Source: a virus. From it: 41,873 bases of DNA. The notes beneath the pieces are model-generated. The model worked only from the letters and a program-made list of their open reading frames with translations. It did not search any database and was not told where the DNA came from. A program made the translations under genes and the position numbers. The DNA is taken from IMG/VR virus record IMGVR_UViG_3300046836_000283, positions 1 through 41,873 of that record; one strand, written 5' to 3'. This document shows positions 5,788 through 11,664 of the stretch, in pieces (within the stretch, counting starts at the first letter, position 1; each line of letters begins with the position of its first letter).

Positions 5788-6418
5788 CGGCGTCCTCCAC
5801 CGAGCGCGCCCACAGGTCGTCCGCATCCTCCGCGCTGATCCACCGCCGGATCGGATCGGCAGCGGGGACGTTCGAGGTCAGCATCGTGACCCAGCGCACA
5901 TGGCGTCCCTCACGCCGTGCCCACGCCCGCGCCACACCAGCCTGCACGTCCCCGATCGGCATCCCGTCGATCCTAAATGTGTCGAGCATTGTCAGCCGCA
6001 GCACCGTCCCGACGCTGTCCTGCGCAGCGCGGCGGTTAGGAGGGGTAGCGACGGGGGCATTCAGTGACCGGTCGTCAAAAAGAGAACGGCCCCCGTCGGG
6101 GCGCTCGTTGGGGGCATGCCCGAGGTGGTCGTCAGTTGCGCGCCGGCCCCCGCTACGCGCCCTTTCCTGCCGAGCAAACTCGTCCCGGCGCATATCGCTT
6201 TCGACGCCGCCCAGCAGCCGGCGCAAAGCGAGCTCCCGATACGGCTCGAACAATCCATCCAGCAGATCAGCGTCGTGCCGTACACGGGCATAGAGCGCGT
6301 TGGCAGCGGCCACGCGGCTGGTGCCGTGCGCCGCGAGCACCTCGATGGCAATCGAGCGCAGTTGCTCCTCAACCGTCACCACGCCAGCCGCACGCAATGC
6401 CTGCGCTAATTGCACCAT
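5780..6418 (-). CDS. Hypothetical protein (~212 aa)
   Basis: Its start region (GTG 6421 / ATG 6418) overlaps the upstream stop. The central disordered segment contains two hairpin elements. Confidence 0.6.
   Translation of the reverse strand: MVQLAQALRAAGVVTVEEQLRSIAIEVLAAHGTSRVAAANALYARVRHDADLLDGLFEPYRELALRRLLGGVESDMRRDEFARQERARSGGRRATDDHLGHAPNERPDGGRSLFDDRSLNAPVATPPNRRAAQDSVGTVLRLTMLDTFRIDGMPIGDVQAGVARAWARREGRHVRWVTMLTSNVPAADPIRRWISAEDADDLWARSVEDADG
6049..6151. repeat. Pair of 42-nt hairpin elements inside gene 5780-6418
   Basis: CA at 6058 (stem CGACGGGGGC/GCCCCCGTCG) and 6115, 57 nt apart. The two loops share GGTCGTCA at positions 11-18. Confidence 0.8.
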
Positions 6419-6519
6419 CACATTCCCCGCTCAGAAAATGTCACCACCAGGATCCACGTCCACAGGAACGCCACCGCCCAGGCGACGCCCGTGAAGGCGA
6501 TGGCGCGCAGCACCGTCAT
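6418..6519 (-). CDS. Small single-pass membrane peptide (33 aa)
   Basis: MTVLRAIAFTGVAWAVAFLWTWILVVTFSERGM. ATGA overlap with the VRR-NUC stop, and its own stop overlaps the next start. Confidence 0.4.
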   Translation of the reverse strand: MTVLRAIAFTGVAWAVAFLWTWILVVTFSERGM

Positions 6520-6974
6520 GCGGCCACCCGACCCCTCAGCGGAATCCCTCGAGCAGCCACCGCATCGAGCGCCTCGGGAACCGAGCGGACGACAGCGACC
6601 GGAAAGCCCGCCGCCTCCAGCCGGGGGTGCAATGCGCGCTGCGCTGGCGAGAGCTGCCCGCCGCGGCTGCGCTTCAGCTCGAGGAGCACGACGCGCCCCC
6701 GCCAGAACACGCCGCAATCCGCCCAGCCGGCCACACATCCGAGGCGTTTCTTGCGCGCGCCTTCCATCGCGGAGCGGGCGTTGCTCAGATCCCAGGCGGT
6801 GAAGATCGCGTCTGATGGCAGCAGGTAGGCCATGGCAGACGCCACCGACGCCGCCAACTCGTCCTCCGGCGCGATCGGCGCGGTGAGCCGGAACCGGGCT
6901 GGGGTGCTGACGCGGACGCCCGCAGCGGCGCCACCGACGCGCATGGGCCGGTCGTCGGGGCCAGAGGGGGTCAC
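6516..6974 (-). CDS. VRR-NUC domain nuclease
   Basis: GWADCGVFWRGRVVLLELKRSRGGQLSPAQRALHPRLEAAGFPVAVVRSVPEALDAV fits the VRR-NUC pattern (D...ExK...Q). GTGA overlap with the upstream gene. Confidence 0.65.
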   Translation of the reverse strand: MTPSGPDDRPMRVGGAAAGVRVSTPARFRLTAPIAPEDELAASVASAMAYLLPSDAIFTAWDLSNARSAMEGARKKRLGCVAGWADCGVFWRGRVVLLELKRSRGGQLSPAQRALHPRLEAAGFPVAVVRSVPEALDAVAARGIPLRGRVAA

Positions 6975-7195
6975 TCGGCCGCCACCTGGCAGCGGCGTTG
7001 GGCGCCTCGGGGCTTGGTGCGGTCGAGCATCTCTGGGGTCAGGTCAGGCGAGAGCGCAATCACCCGGTGCCAGTGCTGGCTCGGGATGCCACGCACCTTC
7101 CACTTGCTGACGGTGTTTTCCTTCAGCCCAAGCAAACTGGCCACGCGGGCGGACCCCCCTAGCCCTTCGACAATTCTGGCGTGCCGTCGGTTCAT
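6971..7195 (-). CDS. Cro/YdaS-like helix-turn-helix regulator (first gene of the leftward early operon)
   Basis: MNRRHARIVEGLGGSARVASLLGLKENTVSKWKVRGIPSQHWHRVIAL. Faces the XRE gene across a 110-bp operator region. Confidence 0.6.
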   Translation of the reverse strand: MNRRHARIVEGLGGSARVASLLGLKENTVSKWKVRGIPSQHWHRVIALSPDLTPEMLDRTKPRGAQRRCQVAAE

Positions 7196-7212
7196 CAGGC
7201 TGCCACATTGAC

Positions 7213-7225
7213 GGACACCGTGTCC
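7213..7225. promoter_or_regulatory. Operator-like palindrome GGACAC-c-GTGTCC
   Basis: Perfect 6-1-6 inverted repeat in the divergent intergenic region. Confidence 0.55.
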
Positions 7226-7251
7226 ACGCGTCAAGTCATGCTTGATGTTCA

Positions 7252-7264
7252 GGACAAAATGTCC
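7252..7264. promoter_or_regulatory. Operator-like palindrome GGACA-aaa-TGTCC
   Basis: Perfect 5-3-5 inverted repeat with the same GGACA half-site, 39 bp from the first. Confidence 0.55.
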
Positions 7265-7305
7265 CATTTTTAGCTGGAATCGAGACAACAGGACGGAGCC
7301 GCTAA

Positions 7306-7707
7306 ATGCCGCGCACCAGCGTTGATGACCAGAAGCAGGAAGCGGAGGACTTTGGCCGTCGCCTGAGTTGGGTGCGCGAGATGGTAGGCGCCACCCCGAC
7401 CCGTTTAGCCGCCGACTGCGGCGTGGATACCAGCTCTATCCGTCATATCGAGCGGGGCCAGCGGATGCCGTCGGTGCATCTTCTGAGAACGCTGTGTCAC
7501 GTTCTGCGCATTTCCCCAGATTATTTGCTGTATGGTTCACTCGCCGGAGTTGACCAAGAACTAGCGACCAAGCTGAAAGTGGCACATCCGGAGTTGAACT
7601 GGCCAGCCGCATCGCCTGCCCCCGACAATAGGCGCAATTCACCACCGAACAGCGCTCGGCGGCCCAGGATACAACAAGACGTTCCTTCCGTAGCCGGCGC
7701 AGGATAA
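7306..7707 (+). CDS. XRE-family (Cro/CI-type) HTH transcriptional regulator
   Basis: FGRRLSWVREMVGATPTRLAADCGVDTSSIRHIERGQRMPSVHLLRTLCHVLRISPDYLLYG is a classic HTH_3 motif. GGACGGAG lies upstream of the ATG. Confidence 0.8.
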   Translation: MPRTSVDDQKQEAEDFGRRLSWVREMVGATPTRLAADCGVDTSSIRHIERGQRMPSVHLLRTLCHVLRISPDYLLYGSLAGVDQELATKLKVAHPELNWPAASPAPDNRRNSPPNSARRPRIQQDVPSVAGAG

Positions 7708-7732
7708 TTCCGCCGACCACCTCCGTTTCTTC

Positions 7733-7761
7733 TTGACGATCAGGACTACAAGTCCTAACTT
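7733..7761 (+). promoter_or_regulatory. Candidate rightward early promoter with embedded operator
   Basis: TTGACG (7733-7738), 17 nt, TAACTT (7756-7761). The spacer holds the perfect palindrome AGGACT-aca-AGTCCT (7742-7756), related to the GGACA half-site. Confidence 0.45.
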
Positions 7762-7795
7762 CCGGTCTAGACAGAGATGACCGGGAGAGCGGCAC

Positions 7796-8236
7796 GTGCC
7801 TCATCTTACATCCCCAGAGTTGCCGAACGGCACGAACGCCTGGCGAAGGCTAGTCGCGCCAAACCCCGATTACATCTCCGTCACAGGGCTGTCGTCAAAG
7901 GCTATTGCATCCTCAGGCTCAGCACCAACCCGCGATTGCACCCGGGATACCAAATCACACGCCGTTAACGCTTTGTTCCTGCGGGAATTACCGCACGGCG
8001 TCGAGGACTATCCGGTTCCGGCAAATAGCGTCGCCGCCAGCCACCTCCGCGCCCAGTGCCTCGATGACATGCTCACCGCCATCCGCGACTGGAGCGCCTC
8101 GACAGGCCGCACCCGCGCCCTCTGGCGCCGCAGCGCGCGCTACGAGATCGCCCGGTTTCGCTCCTGGTTTCTCGATCCAGAGCGCGCCGCCTTCGAGGCA
8201 GCGATAGCCGCCAGCAAGCTCCGGAGGGCAGCATGA
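7796..8236 (+). CDS. Hypothetical protein (start uncertain; GTG at 7796)
   Basis: Only long ORF here in the operon direction. Its stop overlaps the next ATG (ATGA). Confidence 0.45.
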   Translation: MPHLTSPELPNGTNAWRRLVAPNPDYISVTGLSSKAIASSGSAPTRDCTRDTKSHAVNALFLRELPHGVEDYPVPANSVAASHLRAQCLDDMLTAIRDWSASTGRTRALWRRSARYEIARFRSWFLDPERAAFEAAIAASKLRRAA

Positions 8237-8445
8237 GCCCGACCAAAGCAATGCTGAGGGCGCTGCATGCCGCAGCAGCACGTGAGCGCGGCACGATTTG
8301 CCCCATCCGCGGCATCCACGCAGCCGCTGAGCAATCGATGCTAAAGGCCATGTTTGATCGTGGGCTGATTGAGTACACGGATGACCGTGGGCCGCATGTG
8401 CCGCTGATTTCACAGGTCGGTCGCGACGCAACAGGTCAGCCATGA
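8233..8445 (+). CDS. Hypothetical protein (70 aa)
   Basis: ATGA coupling at both ends. Confidence 0.6.
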   Translation: MSPTKAMLRALHAAAARERGTICPIRGIHAAAEQSMLKAMFDRGLIEYTDDRGPHVPLISQVGRDATGQP

Positions 8446-8624
8446 CCGACGACTACAACCAAACTGCATTCGAGATGATCGTCGCCCTACGCGGTGGCCT
8501 GCCGGCGGCGTGCGACTTCTGCGGCCAGCCGTTCACCGCGGCACGCTACCCCGTGCCGGAAGAAGCCGGGGAGTGGGCGTGCAGCGAGTGCATGACGCGG
8601 TGGAACGCCGAGGCCGCGCCATGA
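8442..8624 (+). CDS. Small zinc-ribbon-like protein (60 aa)
   Basis: CDFCGQ...CSEC four-Cys arrangement. ATGA coupling. Confidence 0.6.
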   Translation: MTDDYNQTAFEMIVALRGGLPAACDFCGQPFTAARYPVPEEAGEWACSECMTRWNAEAAP

Positions 8625-8863
8625 ACGCCTGCCCTGATCTGCTCGCGGCGCTGCGCACCCGTGAGCGCGACCTCGAAACCGATGCCGCCGGCACGCGGGC
8701 GAGGCTCGAAGAGGTCCGTGAGCTGATTGCAATGATCGAGCAGCCGCAGCGCCGGCGCCGGCGCAGGACCGAGCCCGCAGAGCCGCCCCAGCACGTCCCA
8801 GGGGCCGTTCACACCCCTGACGACGACGAACTGCCGCTGCAATCCAACGCCCCCGGCGCGTAA
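8621..8863 (+). CDS. Hypothetical coiled-coil / Arg-rich protein (80 aa)
   Basis: The ATG at 8621 overlaps the previous TGA. Begins MNACPDLLAALRTRERDLE... Confidence 0.55.
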   Translation: MNACPDLLAALRTRERDLETDAAGTRARLEEVRELIAMIEQPQRRRRRRTEPAEPPQHVPGAVHTPDDDELPLQSNAPGA

Positions 8864-8878
8864 CAGGGAGACCACACC

Positions 8879-9094
8879 ATGATTTCCGACGACTACCAGA
8901 ACCTGGCCGACCGCATCGCCGGATACGCCAACCGCCTCGAACCCATCATGCCGAGCGTGGCAAAGCACATCGCCGCCAACCTGCTCGATCTGGCCGACCG
9001 CGTGCGCCATTTGGAGGTCGTCCCGCTGCGGCTGGACTCGCCCGAGGTCCGGCTGGGCTTCCACAAGCTTCGGGAGCGCCACGATGCCGACTGA
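8879..9094 (+). CDS. Hypothetical protein (71 aa)
   Basis: AGGGAGA lies upstream of the ATG at 8879. Confidence 0.6.
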   Translation: MISDDYQNLADRIAGYANRLEPIMPSVAKHIAANLLDLADRVRHLEVVPLRLDSPEVRLGFHKLRERHDAD

Positions 9095-9401
9095 CCAGCT
9101 ACCGCCGGCAGATGAGCTGTTCGACGTTCGGGATAAGATCAAGCAACTCGCGTCCCGCGAACGCGAACTCAAGGCCATCGTCATCGCGGACCCATCGGCT
9201 CGCACCGGGAACCTCTACTGCGTCGAGGTCAAAGACGTGGCGACCGCTCGCACCGACATCAAAGAGCTGCGCGCCAACCATCCCGATCTGGTCGCAGAGT
9301 TCACCCACACCGTGTTCGACAAGCGTGTCGAGCTGCGCGGCATCAACGAGGACGGCGAGTTGACCAGCCTGCGCCGCAAACCCGAGAAGGCCACATCATG
9401 A
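9084..9401 (+). CDS. Hypothetical protein (105 aa) preceding recT
   Basis: Overlaps both neighbours (11 nt upstream, ATGA downstream). Confidence 0.6.
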   Translation: MPTDQLPPADELFDVRDKIKQLASRERELKAIVIADPSARTGNLYCVEVKDVATARTDIKELRANHPDLVAEFTHTVFDKRVELRGINEDGELTSLRRKPEKATS

Positions 9402-10408
9402 GCGTCACCACGACCACGTCGCCGCATCCGCTGCGCCCGCAAAACTTCGGTGAGCTTGTCGAGTTCGCCAAGATGGCAGCGCGCTCAACACTGGTGCCGC
9501 GAGACTATCTCGGCAAGCCAGAGAACATCCTGCTGGCAATCCAGATGGGCAGTGAGATAGGTCTCGCGCCGATGCAGAGCCTGCAGAACATATCAGTCAT
9601 CAATGGGCGCCCTGCAGTGTGGGGTGACGCCATGCTCGGGCTGTGCCGGCAAAGCCCGGTTTGCAAGGATGTTGTCGAGCGCTTCGAGGGTGAGGGGAAG
9701 ACGCTCACTGCGATCTGCATTGCTAAGCGCGCGGGCGCGGAACCTATCGAACGCAGGTTCAGCATGGACGACGCCGAGCGCGCCGGCCTGGCAAGCAAGG
9801 CTGGCACATGGCAGCAATATCCCAAGCGTATGCTGCAAATGCGCGCCCGAGGCTTCGCATTGCGCGATGCCTTTCCGGATGTGCTGCGCGGCCTCATCAG
9901 CGCCGAGGAAGCCGAGGACATCCCCACCGGCAAAGAGACGCCGCACACAGGCCCCACGATTGAGGGGGAGCCGCCGCCCGATCGCCGCTTGTCCCAGATG
10001 GCGCTTGCCGTAGATGCTGCTATCCGCGCCCGCCGCAAGGCGCTGAACGATACGATCCCCCTGAAGGCCGCCGCGGCCGCCACACCGCGCGCGCCACGCA
10101 AAGCTGATGCGATGGTGTATGAGACCGGTATCGACGCCGATGACATGCCAGATCCGCTGGACGAGACCGACGGGCGCCAGTGGCTGCTGAACCTCGACGT
10201 GGCCCTGGCGAACGCACAGAGCCAGGACGAGGTGGTGGCGATCGGCGGCCACGCCTCCGTGGGCCACGCCACAGCCAATGCACCGGAGCACGTCAAGCGG
10301 CGTGTGAGCGAGCTGCTGGCCAAGGCGTTCGCCAGGTTTGCACCGAATGGTGACGCGGACCTGGACGAAGTGGTGATCGCTGGAGAAGCGAAGCTCGCGG
10401 CAGGTTGA
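9398..10408 (+). CDS. recT: RecT-family single-strand annealing recombinase
   Basis: FAKMAARSTLVPRDYLGKPENILLAIQMGSEIGLAPMQSLQNISVINGRPAVWGDAMLGL...YPKRMLQMRARGFALRDAFPDVLRGL matches conserved RecT blocks. Confidence 0.85.
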   Translation: MSVTTTTSPHPLRPQNFGELVEFAKMAARSTLVPRDYLGKPENILLAIQMGSEIGLAPMQSLQNISVINGRPAVWGDAMLGLCRQSPVCKDVVERFEGEGKTLTAICIAKRAGAEPIERRFSMDDAERAGLASKAGTWQQYPKRMLQMRARGFALRDAFPDVLRGLISAEEAEDIPTGKETPHTGPTIEGEPPPDRRLSQMALAVDAAIRARRKALNDTIPLKAAAAATPRAPRKADAMVYETGIDADDMPDPLDETDGRQWLLNLDVALANAQSQDEVVAIGGHASVGHATANAPEHVKRRVSELLAKAFARFAPNGDADLDEVVIAGEAKLAAG

Positions 10409-10425
10409 CGCGCCTGATATAAATC

Positions 10426-10461
10426 GGGCCGGGGCAGCACTGCCAATGCTGCACCCGGCCC
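10426..10461 (+). terminator. Strong stem-loop after recT (terminator or processing site; no T-tract)
   Basis: GGGCCGGGGCAGCA-ctgccaa-TGCTGCACCCGGCCC, a 14-bp stem with one bulge, 18 nt after the recT stop. Confidence 0.4.
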
Positions 10462-10487
10462 TGAACACGCCGTAGAGGAGCTACGAC

Positions 10488-10763
10488 ATGAGTGACACAA
10501 TTACCCTGGATTTCCTTGGCCGTCAGCTAGCGCGGCTGCTGGACGAGGTTGCCGACCTCAAGGACGCGGTGACGATCGTCACGGCGATCACGACACGGGT
10601 TGAGGCGTCAGTCACATCCCTGACGACCGAGGTCCGAGCGATGCACTCGCGCCATGCCCGCCTGGAGCGTCGTGTGGATACGCTGGAAGACACCATCCGC
10701 GATGTTCAATCGGAGGTGCGCCATCAGGGCGAGCTGCTAGCCCAGTTGGCGGGAGGCCGCTGA
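10488..10763 (+). CDS. Coiled-coil protein (91 aa)
   Basis: GAGGAG Shine-Dalgarno sequence and heptad-like sequence. Confidence 0.6.
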   Translation: MSDTITLDFLGRQLARLLDEVADLKDAVTIVTAITTRVEASVTSLTTEVRAMHSRHARLERRVDTLEDTIRDVQSEVRHQGELLAQLAGGR

Positions 10764-11005
10764 TGGACGAGGAACTGAAGCGCTATCTGGCCGATATGAT
10801 GAAGCAGATCAACGACGGCAACGAGCGCATTCTTAACCGGCTGACCAGGATAGAGGGCGAGGTCCGCGATCTGCGCTCGGAGCACAGCGTCACACGGGAC
10901 ATGGTGCTGAAGCTGCCTGGCACCGTGCTGGGCGCGATCGAGGCGCCCCTGCTGAAACGCATGCGCACCACCGAGGACCGGCTCGACAAGCTGGAGGGCG
11001 AGTGA
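10763..11005 (+). CDS. Coiled-coil protein (80 aa)
   Basis: TGATG overlap with the previous gene. Confidence 0.6.
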   Translation: MDEELKRYLADMMKQINDGNERILNRLTRIEGEVRDLRSEHSVTRDMVLKLPGTVLGAIEAPLLKRMRTTEDRLDKLEGE

Positions 11006-11226
11006 TGACCACGATGGTCACCGAAGTCTACGATGCGCTGATAGACGCTGGCGCGACGGAGGAGAAGTCGCGCAAAGCTGCCGAGGCCGTCGCCGCCTAC
11101 GAGACGCGCTTCGCTGGCCTGGAGCTGAAGCTGGAGCGCATGGACGGCCGCCTGACGCTGATCCAGTGGATGCTGGCACTTCTGATCGGCGGCGTCGCCA
11201 GTCTCGTCGTTAAGGCGTTCGTATGA
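11005..11226 (+). CDS. DUF1640-like coiled-coil protein with C-terminal TM helix
   Basis: ...LKLERMDGRLTLIQWMLALLIGGVASLVVKAFV. Start is ATG 11005 (or GTG 11002). Confidence 0.55.
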   Translation: MTTMVTEVYDALIDAGATEEKSRKAAEAVAAYETRFAGLELKLERMDGRLTLIQWMLALLIGGVASLVVKAFV

Positions 11227-11390
11227 TGACCTGCGGTGACCGTTGGGAAGTGCCGCGCGCTCTGGCGATGATCCTGCTGGCCGCTGCCGCGATTTCAGCA
11301 GCCGGAGGGGTGTCCACCTGGCTGTGGCCCGCCAAGCCTCAGACGATCGTCGTGCAGTTCCAGCAGCCGCTCGCCGTCAAGGTGCAGTGA
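11223..11390 (+). CDS. Small membrane-anchored protein (55 aa, below the ORF-track cutoff)
   Basis: ATGA overlap. MMTCGDRWEVPRALAMILLAAAAISAAGGVSTWLWPAKPQTIVVQFQQPLAVKVQ. Confidence 0.4.
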   Translation: MMTCGDRWEVPRALAMILLAAAAISAAGGVSTWLWPAKPQTIVVQFQQPLAVKVQ

Positions 11391-11470
11391 TGCACATCAT
11401 AGGCATTATCGCATTCGCGATCGTAATGGCATTCCTGATCGAAAAATGGCTGGATGAGGGCGGGGCGTGA
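11390..11470 (+). CDS. Tiny TM peptide (26 aa)
   Basis: TGATG overlap. MHIIGIIAFAIVMAFLIEKWLDEGGA. Confidence 0.3.
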   Translation: MHIIGIIAFAIVMAFLIEKWLDEGGA

Positions 11471-11664
11471 TGCTAAGCACGATCTTCGAGATATGGCTCA
11501 TCCTGGCCGGCATCGCGCTGGTGATGGTGCTGCTAGTAGCAGCCGTAACAGGGGGCGCCAGTGGTCCAACGCGAGTAGCATACAACGATGCCAAGGCAGC
11601 CCGGATCAGGGCGAAACCGCAGCGCGTCGTCTTCTGGTGGCTAAAGCACGATCAGGGACCATAG
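11470..11664 (+). CDS. Small membrane protein (64 aa)
   Basis: MLSTIFEIWLILAGIALVMVLLVAAVTGG... Last gene of the rightward operon. Its 3' end overlaps the convergent gene by 13 nt. Confidence 0.5.
   Translation: MLSTIFEIWLILAGIALVMVLLVAAVTGGASGPTRVAYNDAKAARIRAKPQRVVFWWLKHDQGP

Noticed and set aside
10426-10461. Canonical rho-independent terminator after recT
   Set aside because: The stem is strong but there is no downstream T-tract, and the operon clearly continues with a good Shine-Dalgarno sequence at 10475. It is listed only as a stem-loop of uncertain role.
8546-10500. Long minus-strand ORFs (8546..9205, 9505..10500, 9593..10468) opposite the recT operon
   Set aside because: Their Arg/Ser/Ala-rich composition shows no motifs. 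They lie antisense to well-supported genes, including RecT, with coupled starts. They are shadow ORFs of a high-GC genome. The same reasoning applies to 25462..26334, 27255..28241, 36218..37396, 40746..41579 and 29521..30114.
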